NCBI GenBank assembly: GCA_046328995.1
Contig: JAXLVN010000003.1
Location: 431,784 to 495,783 of the forward strand
DNA length: 64,000 nucleotides
Source: Candidatus Kapaibacterium sp.
Lineage (GTDB): Bacteria; Bacteroidota; Ignavibacteria; Kapaibacteriales; UBA961
Reading direction: 5' to 3'
In this document: piece by piece, positions 1 through 8,749 of the stretch
Position numbering within the stretch: the stretch's first letter is position 1
Layout: every line of letters starts with the position of its first letter
Notes under the pieces: model-generated
Told to the model about the DNA's origin: nothing
Seen by the model: only the letters and a program-made list of their open reading frames with translations
Database searches by the model: none
Program-made: the position numbers and the translations under genes

Positions 1-472
1 ACGGCTTGTCGGAGGCAAGGAGAGCGAGGAACTGCTGCTTCGTCATTCCTGATTGTGTTGGGGCGGCAGAATTGGCGGTTGTGACGGGGAGTCCGGCTGC
101 ATTCCATTTCATAATACCGCCTTGTAATTCATAGACTTCCTTGTATCCTGAAGATCGCATTTTACTCGCAGCCGCTGCGCTTCGAGCGCCGCTGAGGCAA
201 TAGACAAGCACCGGCTTCGATTTATCGACGTGAGCGATTTGTGTATCGAAAGAATCACCGTTCCAATCAATATTCATCGCGTTTTGGAGATGACCTTTCG
301 CGAATTCTGCCGGCGTACGAACGTCGATAATAGGTGCTGATGGCAATGCTTTGATTTTCGCAGCAAAGTCATTCGCTTCAAGCTTCGTTTGGGCGTTTTT
401 GGACTGTTCGCCTGTGCAGCTATTAGCGAGAAATGCGAGAATTACGAGAACGATAACGCTGTATTTTTTCAT
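1..472 (-). CDS. Rhodanese-domain lipoprotein; the 3' end is truncated by the window edge. Start codon at 470-472 overlaps the trxA stop in an ATGA arrangement.
   Basis: The reverse-complement translation begins [19 protein letters not shown], a lipoprotein signal with lipobox Cys. It continues ...[24 protein letters not shown]...[15 protein letters not shown], the rhodanese active-site Cys loop. Confidence 0.75.
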   Translation of the reverse strand, partial: MKKYSVIVLVILAFLANSCTGEQSKNAQTKLEANDFAAKIKALPSAPIIDVRTPAEFAKGHLQNAMNIDWNGDSFDTQIAHVDKSKPVLVYCLSGARSAAAASKMRSSGYKEVYELQGGIMKWNAAGLPVTTANSAAPTQSGMTKQQFLALLASDKP

Positions 473-780
473 GCAGTTGTATTGGAATATTGATTAATAA
501 TCTGTTCGAGTGTTCGAGCCGGTACCACGCCGGACTGCCGCCATTTAATTTCACCATTTTTGAAGAGAATCAGCGTCGGCACGCCACGAATTTGGTAGCT
601 TTCGGCTGCTTTTGGATTGGTATCGACATCAATTTTGATGATCATTGCTTTGTCACCGACATGAGTTTTGACTTCATCCAAAATCGGCGCCATCATCTTG
701 CACGGACCGCACCATTCAGCCGAAAAATCGACAAGTGTTGGCGTATCTCGTTGAATAAGCTCAGAGAATTTGGGTTTCAT
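469..780 (-). CDS. trxA: Thioredoxin
   Basis: 103 aa with the canonical WCGPC active site and thioredoxin-length fold. Confidence 0.9.
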   Translation of the reverse strand: MKPKFSELIQRDTPTLVDFSAEWCGPCKMMAPILDEVKTHVGDKAMIIKIDVDTNPKAAESYQIRGVPTLILFKNGEIKWRQSGVVPARTLEQIINQYSNTTA

Positions 781-1234
781 GGGCTAATAAAATTGTAGGA
801 TGCATTGTTACTGTAGATTTAATTGAATTCGAAATTAAACACGCCGCTTCCGATTTCTGAATCACCCGTTCAGCGCGCTCGCGGTCTTTTTCATGGACGA
901 TGACCACGGTCGGTTCGAGGATAATTTCCGTCATAAGAAATTTCCCATCTACTTGCTCCAGCTTGCCCTTGGACTTACAGCTAAAGCGAAGAAACTCTAA
1001 TTTGGAATTCTCGGCAATTGCGAGGAAGGTTGTCATCAAACAGCTACTGACCGAGGCGGTAAAGAGATGTTCGGGTGACCAAATCCCGGGGATTCCTTTC
1101 GGGAATTCCGGTGGGGTGGCTACTTCGATGCAACTGCTTGCGTCGCCGGTCGAGAGCTTGAGTTCGGGCGAACACATCATGCCCTTGCGTTCTTGATTCC
1201 ATTCAACATCGATTGAATAATAATGAGCTTCCAT
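761..1234 (-). CDS. OsmC/Ohr-family peroxiredoxin-like protein
   Basis: 157 aa with two conserved Cys (..[10 protein letters not shown].. and ..[10 protein letters not shown]..), typical of the OsmC/Ohr fold. Overlaps trxA by 20 nt in the same orientation. Confidence 0.6.
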   Translation of the reverse strand: MEAHYYSIDVEWNQERKGMMCSPELKLSTGDASSCIEVATPPEFPKGIPGIWSPEHLFTASVSSCLMTTFLAIAENSKLEFLRFSCKSKGKLEQVDGKFLMTEIILEPTVVIVHEKDRERAERVIQKSEAACLISNSIKSTVTMHPTILLAHETQIL

Positions 1235-1268
1235 AGTTGTAATTATAGTATATGTAATGAGTTGTCAA

Positions 1269-1517
1269 TTATTTCTGCTGCACTTCTTCGTAGTCGATCA
1301 TATCGAGGTCATTCGTATTTGCAGGCGCTTGCGGCACCGCACAGCTTGATGTGCCGCAGCAGCCGGTATTAGTAACTGCTTGAAAGAGAAAGAATACAGC
1401 AATAAAACCCGAAAAAGTGTCATGCATTTGAATTGCCTGCACGCCGATAAAAATACCAAGCCCGAGACGCAGCCAGCGCATGAAATGCCAACCGGTAAGA
1501 ACGGTGTGAATAGTCAT
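1269..1517 (-). CDS. Small two-TM membrane protein with a C-terminal Cys cluster (CCGTSSC); DUF2892/YgaP-C-terminal-like
   Basis: 82 aa with two hydrophobic helices followed by TGCCGTSSC. Shares 4 nt with the downstream rhodanese gene, so likely in the same operon. Confidence 0.45.
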   Translation of the reverse strand: MTIHTVLTGWHFMRWLRLGLGIFIGVQAIQMHDTFSGFIAVFFLFQAVTNTGCCGTSSCAVPQAPANTNDLDMIDYEEVQQK

Positions 1518-1834
1518 GATAGCTTCCCTTGAAGACTCTGCCAGCTGCCACCATTATGGACATTCGTATAACCATTGGACTTGAGAATGCCTTTGGCTGT
1601 AGCACTGCGCATACCTGAGGCACAGCAGGTAATGATCGGCGTATTTTTGTCTTTGAATTTGCTGAGGTTATTGCTTAATTGATCCACCGGTATATTGATT
1701 GAATTTTTAATATGTCCGCTTGCATATTCACCGTTGGAGCGAACATCGACAATGAGGGCTCCCTGCGAGGCGAGCTCCCGGTAATCGACCGGAGTGCCGC
1801 CTCCGAATATCGTTTTGAAGAGTTGAATGATCAT
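1514..1834 (-). CDS. Rhodanese-domain protein (single domain). I prefer the internal start at 1834; the ORF runs on to 1894.
   Basis: ...IVDVRSNGEYASGHIKNSINIP...IITCCASGMRSATAKGIL, a CxxGxR active-site loop. The start at 1834 avoids a 49-nt overlap with the upstream gene. Confidence 0.7.
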   Translation of the reverse strand: MIIQLFKTIFGGGTPVDYRELASQGALIVDVRSNGEYASGHIKNSINIPVDQLSNNLSKFKDKNTPIITCCASGMRSATAKGILKSNGYTNVHNGGSWQSLQGKLS

Positions 1835-1845
1835 TAGAATAAGTA

Positions 1846-2121
1846 TTAAGATTGTAAATAATTTACATCGAGCCACGAGCCGCCGTTGTAGCATTCGATG
1901 CCTTGCTGAGACAGATACCGTTGCGCTTGTCCGCTGCGGTTACCCGAAGCACAGCAGAGGACTAACGGTAGGGTAAACTGCTTCAGCTCGTCAACACGCT
2001 GCGGTATCTCCTGCAAGGGGATGTTGATTGAACCAACGACATTGCCGCCCATGAATTCGCCATAGGACCGTACATCGACTACGGTGCCTTTTTTTTCTTT
2101 AATGATTTGTTCGAGAGTCAT
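1846..2121 (-). CDS. Rhodanese-domain protein (single domain)
   Basis: 91 aa: ..VVDVRSYGEF..GSINIP...LVLCCASGNRSGQAQRYL, a rhodanese catalytic loop. Confidence 0.75.
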   Translation of the reverse strand: MTLEQIIKEKKGTVVDVRSYGEFMGGNVVGSINIPLQEIPQRVDELKQFTLPLVLCCASGNRSGQAQRYLSQQGIECYNGGSWLDVNYLQS

Positions 2122-2442
2122 ATGTATTTCTCATAGAATGTTATTGAATGCATTGTATTACGTTGGCGGTGAATTTCTCTGAATCGCACTCACCCTTCAC
2201 TCTGTACGATGATGCTTCCGGATAGCACACCGATCGAGAGGCGGGGGAGAATTTACGGAATACTTCGCTCTGAGTGCGCGTCGCTGAAAGAGCAAATATC
2301 CGAGACTCATCATCGCCGGTAAATTCGATTGTATATCTCTGTGCTTTGTGTGGTTGCTTTAGGATCAGTAGCTTTTTATAGATGGAGATGGAGTTGGGTT
2401 TGATGTAATTTTCGCCCTTCTATACCTTGACCTTCGCCGCAC

Positions 2443-3918
2443 CTAGACTGCTTTATACTGAGCCATCATGCCCGATTCTTCATGTTCCAGATTATGGCAA
2501 TGGTAGAGGAATTTTCCAGTAAAGCCATCAAATGGAATCAATACACTTACTTTTTCACCCGGCATGCAGAGCACGGTGTCTTTCCAGCCGGCTTCGAGCG
2601 GTGAGAGAGCTTCTCTACCACCGGTGCGGCTGAGAATCTGAAACAGCACGCCATGGACATGCATCGGGTGCGGTTCTTTGCCATTGGAATTGTCAAAAGT
2701 CCATTTCTCCACTGTGCCGCGGGTGACCGTCACGTCAATACGTTGAGAATCATAGACATTGCCATTGATCGTGTGCTGCATCATTCCCGAGGAACTGTTC
2801 ATGGAATGCGTGTTCGCAATGTCAAAACTGCGGGAACTTGTTGCCATGGCTTCTGTTAAAGGAGCAATAGCCGAGAGCGAAGATGGCATCGAGAATGTAT
2901 CATTTCCGGTAGTGGTAATGGTAAATTTCATAATCTTGAATTCCTGCTGACCCTGTGAAGTACCTCCGTCAAAACCCTTGCTTACTAAATAGATCTCCGA
3001 GTAGGGAGCTAGTGTGCTGAAATCGACTATCAGATCCGCACGCTCCCCGGGACCGAGGATCAGAGAACGTACTTCTACCGGCCGTGGGAGTAGTCCGCCA
3101 TCATTTCCGATCACCGTAAACTTGGCATTGTTGGAGAGTGCGAGGTTGTAAATCCTTGCATTAGAACCATTAAGCACCCGAACTCGGTACTGCGCCGTGG
3201 TTACGTCCTGATACGGCGCGTAGAGTCCGTTGACGAGGATATACTCTCCCATATAGCCGGTCATTTGTTCCATCATGCTTGGCGCATAGGTAAATCTCCC
3301 CGATGCGATACGTTTATCCTGAATCACGAGGAAGAGTTCGCGGAGTCCATAGGGTAAATTCAGCGCTGATTCTTCGCTGTCATTGACCACCATGAGTCCT
3401 GCCAGCCCCTGAAATACCTGTTTTGCTGTGGTGCCTTCGGCATGCGGATGATACCAATACAGACCCGCCCGTTGTGCAATTGTGAATGAATAGGATGTTG
3501 ATTTTCCCTGACTTATGCTGTTATCCGGGTGCCCGTCCATAGTGGCCGGCACCTTGAGTCCATGCCAGTGAATATTGGTTGCTTCGCTGAGGGTATTCGA
3601 CAGGGTAATCGATACATTTTGTCCAGATTGCACGCGGATACTCGGTCCCAAAATACTGCCTGCCTGATAGCCAAAGCCGTTAATTGTGCCGAAACCCGGA
3701 AGGGGCATGGATACTTCCTGCGCTGCGAGTGTCATCGAAGAGTTACCGGTAGTCGGCGGCATCGTAAGCGGAGTCGTGAAATTACCCTCGGTTACAGATA
3801 CCGGATGTCCGGTGGCCATGGTATTTTCCGGCATGCATGACGATAGAAAGGGCACTGTGCCGCCGGCCAGGACTCCTGCTGAAGCCAACGATAGTTTAAG
3901 AAAGTCTTTGCGATTCAT
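2443..3918 (-). CDS. Multicopper oxidase (CueO/laccase-like) with a Tat-type signal. The ORF continues upstream to 4239, but I place the start at MNRKDFLK.
   Basis: Copper-ligand motifs HWHGLKVP...DGHP, HPH and, near the C-terminus, HCHNLEHEESGMM. The N-terminus MNRKDFLKLSLASAGVLAGG is a twin-arginine-like (RK) signal. Confidence 0.8.
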   Translation of the reverse strand: MNRKDFLKLSLASAGVLAGGTVPFLSSCMPENTMATGHPVSVTEGNFTTPLTMPPTTGNSSMTLAAQEVSMPLPGFGTINGFGYQAGSILGPSIRVQSGQNVSITLSNTLSEATNIHWHGLKVPATMDGHPDNSISQGKSTSYSFTIAQRAGLYWYHPHAEGTTAKQVFQGLAGLMVVNDSEESALNLPYGLRELFLVIQDKRIASGRFTYAPSMMEQMTGYMGEYILVNGLYAPYQDVTTAQYRVRVLNGSNARIYNLALSNNAKFTVIGNDGGLLPRPVEVRSLILGPGERADLIVDFSTLAPYSEIYLVSKGFDGGTSQGQQEFKIMKFTITTTGNDTFSMPSSLSAIAPLTEAMATSSRSFDIANTHSMNSSSGMMQHTINGNVYDSQRIDVTVTRGTVEKWTFDNSNGKEPHPMHVHGVLFQILSRTGGREALSPLEAGWKDTVLCMPGEKVSVLIPFDGFTGKFLYHCHNLEHEESGMMAQYKAV

Positions 3919-3991
3919 AGTTGTATGTTTCTTTTCGTCTTCAGAGAGGAACCTCGTCGCACGTCGGACAGTCGTCCATCTGACCGTACAA

Positions 3992-4633
3992 TCACCAGGC
4001 GCCGGTCTCTTTGGGACTATTGATAATGGTGTCGAATTCCGCTTGTGAGATAAATTGCGCTGTATAGGCGCCGCCGGAGAGTAATAGTTGACTGTAAAAT
4101 GAACGTAGATGATTCCTGCTGCCCTTGGTGAGATTTTCGTACACGAACCGTATATCTTGATTATCACTTTTTGCAAGCTGCTTGTGAAGATCAAAAATAT
4201 CGAGGTCTTCGATAGTCGCACCGACGGTATAGGCATCAAGCAAACTTTTGCTGCCTTGCGCTACCAATTGAGTGTATAATACCTGAAGTGCACTATCAGC
4301 GTACTCACCGGCTCCACGGCTCCCAACAGGGTCCGTGATAGAGTATTTGTTTAATACCGTCAGCACGGCATCGGTATGAGTCTGTTCACTCGATGCGATA
4401 TTTGAAAAAATTGTCGTATTCCACTTTATATAGAGAGCTGTATAGACATCCCGGGCGAGCTTTTCTTCTTCTCTCATATAGATCAGACCCTTGAGCTCAT
4501 CGGCGCTGATGGCTTCTTGAGGAAAGGCGTTGATCTGACTCGTCCTATCGGGATAGGGCGATGTGCTGTTGTTTTGACAGCCCTGAACCACAGCACCGAG
4601 GGCAACGATGAAGATGATAAGGTACGATTTCAT
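3992..4633 (-). CDS. DUF2202-like ferritin-like-domain lipoprotein. Start taken at MKSYLIIF.; the upstream ORF extension is ignored.
   Basis: Lipoprotein signal MKSYLIIFIVALGAVVQGC, then a four-helix ferritin-like pattern (..EEEKLARDVY..E..H). Lies immediately upstream of the MCO in the same orientation. Confidence 0.5.
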   Translation of the reverse strand: MKSYLIIFIVALGAVVQGCQNNSTSPYPDRTSQINAFPQEAISADELKGLIYMREEEKLARDVYTALYIKWNTTIFSNIASSEQTHTDAVLTVLNKYSITDPVGSRGAGEYADSALQVLYTQLVAQGSKSLLDAYTVGATIEDLDIFDLHKQLAKSDNQDIRFVYENLTKGSRNHLRSFYSQLLLSGGAYTAQFISQAEFDTIINSPKETGAW

Positions 4634-4683
4634 AGGATAGATAAATAGTTCATACAAATAAGCTTGTACCAATACGACATAGG

Positions 4684-4896
4684 TCAGGATCCTGTCGTCG
4701 AGGACTTTGGCTTTTGAAATAAATTCAGCAGCAGACCGCCCATGAGGGCGCCATAGGCGGTGCTGTTGAGGGGACGGGACGTGATAGCGCATGTGCCGCT
4801 TTCACACCCGACGAAGGAATAATACGCATAGCCACCGACGGCTCCGAGCAGTACTCCAATGATCGTCAATCTATAGGTTCGGAAGAATTTTTTCAT
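4684..4896 (-). CDS. Small two-TM membrane protein with a GCESGTC motif
   Basis: 70 aa: MKKFFRTYRLTIIGVLLGAVGGYAYYSFVGCESGTCAITS...GALMGGLLLNLF. Sits 5 nt downstream of the PDO-rhodanese gene in the same orientation. Confidence 0.45.
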   Translation of the reverse strand: MKKFFRTYRLTIIGVLLGAVGGYAYYSFVGCESGTCAITSRPLNSTAYGALMGGLLLNLFQKPKSSTTGS

Positions 4897-4901
4897 AGAG
4901 C

Positions 4902-6323
4902 TCAGAGGAGAGTCGTAGGGCAGACATAGTCGGAAATTTGAAATTCACCGGAACGCTTAATCGCAGCGAATCCGCCGTTGACGTCAATTAAGTTGTTGAA
5001 TCCACGTGCTTTGAGTATCGAGATGAATACCATCGAACGGTATCCGCCGGCGCAGTGGACATAGTAGGTGCGATCTTTGCTTATCAGACTCATGCTTTCA
5101 TCGATATAGTCGAGCGGGGCATTGACGGCGCCGATGATATGTTCGGAATTGAATTCACTCGCCTTCCGTACATCGAGAATATTAATACTTCCGGACGCAT
5201 GTGCTGCTGCAAATTCTTCGACATTCACTGTTGGAATGGTATCGAGAGAATAGCCCTCCTGCACCCAAGCAGCTGTGCCGCCTTTCAAAAATCCTATTGC
5301 ATGATCATACCCTACGCGTGCCAGCCTGGTGATGATTTCCTCTTCACGACCGGGCTCGGCTATGAGCAGAATATCCTGCGTAATATCCTTGACCAATGTG
5401 CCGACCCAGACGGCAAAGCTGCCGTCGATACCGATGTTTATCGATCCCGGAATAAAACCCTTGCTGAATTTTTCGGCGGCACGGGTGTCGATGACCACGG
5501 GTCTATTCGTCGAAATAACTGCTTCAAATTCCTTGGCATTGAGAAAATGCATGCCTCGCTCTAATACGTCGTCAAAGCTGTCGTAGCCGGTAATATTCAT
5601 CACCACATTTTTAGGGAAATAGCCCGGAGGCGGCATGAGCCCCGTGAGAATTTCATTGATAAAATCTTCTTCACTAAGATCCGGTCGCAGCGCATAATTC
5701 GTTTTTTTCTGATTGCCGAGCGTGTCGGACGTTTCTTTGCTCATGTTTTTACCGCATGCACTACCCGCGCCGTGAGCCGGATAGACGATCAGATCATCAC
5801 TGAGGGGCATGATTTTGCGATGCAGAGAGTCGTACAGATGCGCTGCTAACTTCTCCTGAGTCATTTCGGCTATCACATGCTGCGCAAGGTCGGGACGCCC
5901 TACATCACCAATAAACAACGTGTCTCCTGTGAAAATTGCCTGCTCTTTGCCGTTCTCATCAATCAAAAGATAACAGCTGCTTTCCATCGTGTGCCCCGGA
6001 GTATGAATGAGGCGGATGGTGGCATTTCCAAGCGTAAATTCCTGCCCATCTGTAGCGATGAGTGCGTCAAAACCCGTCTTCATGAGCGTCGGACCATAGA
6101 CAATCGTCGCACCGGTCGCTTTGGCCAAATCGATATGACCCGAAACGAAATCAGCATGAAAGTGCGTTTCAAATATATATTTTATGACAGAATTACGTTT
6201 TTTGGCAAGCTCCAGATACGGCTTGATTTCACGCAATGGATCGATGATGGCTGCTTCGCCGTTACTTTCAATATAATATGCGCCCTGAGCAAGGCAACCG
6301 GTATAGATCTGTTCGATATTCAT
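4902..6323 (-). CDS. Persulfide dioxygenase (MBL-fold, ETHE1/CstB-like) fused to two rhodanese domains
   Basis: N-terminal MBL metal-binding motifs (HFHADFVSGH, ..HTPGHT..), followed by two rhodanese modules (...VVIDTRAAEKF..GFIPGSINI...; ...ILDVRKASEFNSEHIIGAVNAP....YYVHCAGGYRSM). The 473-aa length fits CstB-type fusions. Confidence 0.8.
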   Translation of the reverse strand: MNIEQIYTGCLAQGAYYIESNGEAAIIDPLREIKPYLELAKKRNSVIKYIFETHFHADFVSGHIDLAKATGATIVYGPTLMKTGFDALIATDGQEFTLGNATIRLIHTPGHTMESSCYLLIDENGKEQAIFTGDTLFIGDVGRPDLAQHVIAEMTQEKLAAHLYDSLHRKIMPLSDDLIVYPAHGAGSACGKNMSKETSDTLGNQKKTNYALRPDLSEEDFINEILTGLMPPPGYFPKNVVMNITGYDSFDDVLERGMHFLNAKEFEAVISTNRPVVIDTRAAEKFSKGFIPGSINIGIDGSFAVWVGTLVKDITQDILLIAEPGREEEIITRLARVGYDHAIGFLKGGTAAWVQEGYSLDTIPTVNVEEFAAAHASGSINILDVRKASEFNSEHIIGAVNAPLDYIDESMSLISKDRTYYVHCAGGYRSMVFISILKARGFNNLIDVNGGFAAIKRSGEFQISDYVCPTTLL

Positions 6324-6377
6324 ACGTTGTTCCTTTATAGAATATGATGAGAGTACTGAGTAATTGTCAATTCGTAC

Positions 6378-6983
6378 CTATAAAATCTGCTTGTGCCCGA
6401 CATAGCGTACAATTGCCGCCGGACCCTGATGATACTTGCCTTCCTCGAGCGTAACATGCTCGGAAACAAGAAGGTCGGTATGCAACTCTTCGAAATCCTC
6501 TGCCAGGAGCGCTTCGGTGTAGAGCATCGTAGGGTCTTTAGGACCACCGGAACTAAACCCAAGCTGATCCGGATGAAATGCTTCGAGGATTATCGTGCCG
6601 CCGGGCTTGAGCCACTGCACCATCTTGCGATGAATCAGTCGCCGGTCGGCAGCAGAGAAGTGTGCGTAAATCAAGGCAATTGCATCAAACATAGCGGCGG
6701 GATATTCTTCCGTGAGAGCATCGGCGAAATGATATGAGAGTTCGACACCACGTGCCTGTGCCCATTGAAGTGCTTTTCGCTTACCCATCTCACTGAGGTC
6801 GAATGCCTCGACCGTCCAGCCTTGCTCGGCTGCATAGACGGCATTGCGTCCCTCACCCTCGCATGGGAAGAGTATATGCCCCGGACGAGGCAGCTTCCTC
6901 AGCTCACCGGCAAAAAACACATTGGGTTCGGTCCCGAATGCATATTCATGAGCGCTGTAGCGTTCGTTCCAAAAATTATTCAT
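6378..6983 (-). CDS. Class I SAM-dependent methyltransferase, TehB/thiol-methyltransferase-like
   Basis: 201 aa with motif I ..ILFPCEGEGRNAVYAAEQGWTVEAFDLSE.., closely resembling the TehB GxGxGRN motif, then a D/E-loop and motif II. Confidence 0.65.
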   Translation of the reverse strand: MNNFWNERYSAHEYAFGTEPNVFFAGELRKLPRPGHILFPCEGEGRNAVYAAEQGWTVEAFDLSEMGKRKALQWAQARGVELSYHFADALTEEYPAAMFDAIALIYAHFSAADRRLIHRKMVQWLKPGGTIILEAFHPDQLGFSSGGPKDPTMLYTEALLAEDFEELHTDLLVSEHVTLEEGKYHQGPAAIVRYVGHKQIL

Positions 6984-7007
6984 AGGTATAGTAATTTTGA
7001 AGAAACA

Positions 7008-7379
7008 TTACTTCTGCAAGAACATTTTAATAGCAATCATGACGAGCACCACCGCAAAGATTTTCCGAAGTATATCTTGTGGTATGTGTGATACATATTT
7101 AGCACTTATAAACGCACTGATAAAAAATGCCACACCCAATATTACCGCCGTCTTGATATCGGCATTGCCTGCTTTGTAGTACTGATAGGCGGCAAGCGAA
7201 CCGACCGGCATCACAAGCATCAATAACGTCGTGCCCTGCGCCATTTGCTGCGAGTAGCCGAGGAAGAGTACAAGTGCGGGAATTATGACGACCGCTCCGC
7301 CTAGCCCCAAAAAACCGCTGAGCATTCCACCTACAATCCCGATAAGGGCGATGATGATAAAGTTGTTGAGTTCCATCAT
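7008..7379 (-). CDS. TauE/SafE-family (sulfite/anion exporter) half-size membrane protein
   Basis: About 123 aa, four predicted TM helices, and the glycine-rich ..GIVGGMLSGFLGLGGAVVIIP.. signature of the TauE/SafE/DUF81 family. Confidence 0.6.
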   Translation of the reverse strand: MMELNNFIIIALIGIVGGMLSGFLGLGGAVVIIPALVLFLGYSQQMAQGTTLLMLVMPVGSLAAYQYYKAGNADIKTAVILGVAFFISAFISAKYVSHIPQDILRKIFAVVLVMIAIKMFLQK

Positions 7380-7582
7380 TCGGCCTTTTTCTTGGTCGAA
7401 ATTCCAAATGGCAGGTAGAGAGGGCATACGCCGACAAAACTTGTCAGTATAAAAACTCCGGATAAAATCAACAAGATAACGGCAGCGGTGCCGGTAATCT
7501 GATTGGCAAAATAAAGACTCACAATTGCAAGCGCTGCGATAATGCGAGCGGCTTTGTCGAGGGTTCCCATGTTCGGCTTCAT
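7376..7582 (-). CDS. DUF2892 (YgaP C-terminal-like) small membrane protein. Start taken at the internal MKPNMGTLDKA.
   Basis: About 68 aa: MKPNMGTLDKAARIIAALAIV....GVCPLYLPFGISTKK, the typical DUF2892 pattern. Stop overlaps the TauE start (ATGA). Confidence 0.6.
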   Translation of the reverse strand: MKPNMGTLDKAARIIAALAIVSLYFANQITGTAAVILLILSGVFILTSFVGVCPLYLPFGISTKKKAE

Positions 7583-7678
7583 GATAATAACGGAATAATG
7601 AATAAATACAATTGAACTGTTTGACTGACTTTCTGATACAAAACTACGGCTCTCACAAAACAATGTCTGTGATGTCTG

Positions 7679-8287
7679 TCACAGAAGGATAATTTTATTA
7701 CGGGAGAGGGTAATCAGCTCTTCATGTTCCATTATTTTGAGCACGCGACTCACTGCCTCACGGCTGACACCGAGTTCGTCAGCAAGCTGCTGATGCGTTA
7801 TCGCTACATCCTTTGACTGATACAAGGCCGTTTTTTGCCGAAGTAATTGCAGCAATCGTGAGTCGAGCTTCTGAAACGCAAGAGCATTGACGACGCCGAG
7901 CAATTCCTCAAATCTCTTTTGATAGAGCATAAACATGAAATCGCTCCATTCGGGGTACTCACGAATCCACTCACTTGCTTTCTGCACCGGAATCAGCAGC
8001 AATTCTACATCTTCCTCGACAATGGCCTTGATTTTACTGGTGTCGTGGTGAATTCCGGCAAGAAACGACATAATACAGCTCTCGCCCGGCTTGATGTAAT
8101 ACAGTAGAATTTCACGTCCTTCTTCGTCTGTCCGAACCACCTTGATACTACCTTTTATTACAATCGGTATTGAATGAATATACGAATTGATATCCAAAAT
8201 GACCGTTTCGGCCGGAAATGACTTTACATGACCCGAGGCGTATGCCGCTTCGTTCAAAAGCGGCTGAAAAATAGCTGTCTGATTCAT
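7679..8287 (-). CDS. Crp/Fnr-family transcriptional regulator. An alternative upstream start exists at 8317.
   Basis: N-terminal cNMP-binding-like beta-roll and C-terminal HTH (..ITHQQLADELGVSREAVSRVLKIMEHEELI..). Confidence 0.75.
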   Translation of the reverse strand: MNQTAIFQPLLNEAAYASGHVKSFPAETVILDINSYIHSIPIVIKGSIKVVRTDEEGREILLYYIKPGESCIMSFLAGIHHDTSKIKAIVEEDVELLLIPVQKASEWIREYPEWSDFMFMLYQKRFEELLGVVNALAFQKLDSRLLQLLRQKTALYQSKDVAITHQQLADELGVSREAVSRVLKIMEHEELITLSRNKIILL

Positions 8288-8749
8288 AGCAATTGTTTGG
8301 AGAAATGAATGGAACACTGTGCGCGCCGATTGCTGCGTGAAGGCAGGTGCAGCGCGCGCTTTGAGAACGGAAGATTACTTTGATTGTTCGAATTGTCCTG
8401 CTCCTGACCGTGTTTATGACCGGATGAAGCAAACGCACCCACTTCTCTGCATCCAAAACTACGGATGTTCAGCAGCTTGAACAATGACTTATGTCATATT
8501 TCGAGTCCGGTAGTAAAGCAGAGCACTGCGTCGTCTGCACATACAGTTTTTTTCGCCAAACTCACCTCCAGAGCCATAGGCGCAGCAGTGGCGCAAAAGG
8601 GGAGAGAATCGATGCTGTCAGCTGATAATATCGGACGATTTCCGGCTGCTGCTGCTATACAAGGAATCCGCGATTCGGGTGTTTTGTATAGACAAACCCC
8701 GAAAAAACTCGTATTTTGCGCAAAAAATTCCATCATCTGAAGGTCTGTC

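Noticed and set aside
490-798. 102-aa plus-strand ORF antisense to trxA
   Set aside because: trxA on the opposite strand has the canonical WCGPC site. The antisense frame is most likely a chance open frame.
2443-4239. Full 598-aa ORF for the multicopper oxidase starting at MMPIPS (4239)
   Set aside because: The upstream 107 codons overlap the DUF2202 gene in another frame and have no signal-like features. The Tat-type motif MNRKDFLKLSLASAGVLAGG at 3918 gives a far more plausible start.
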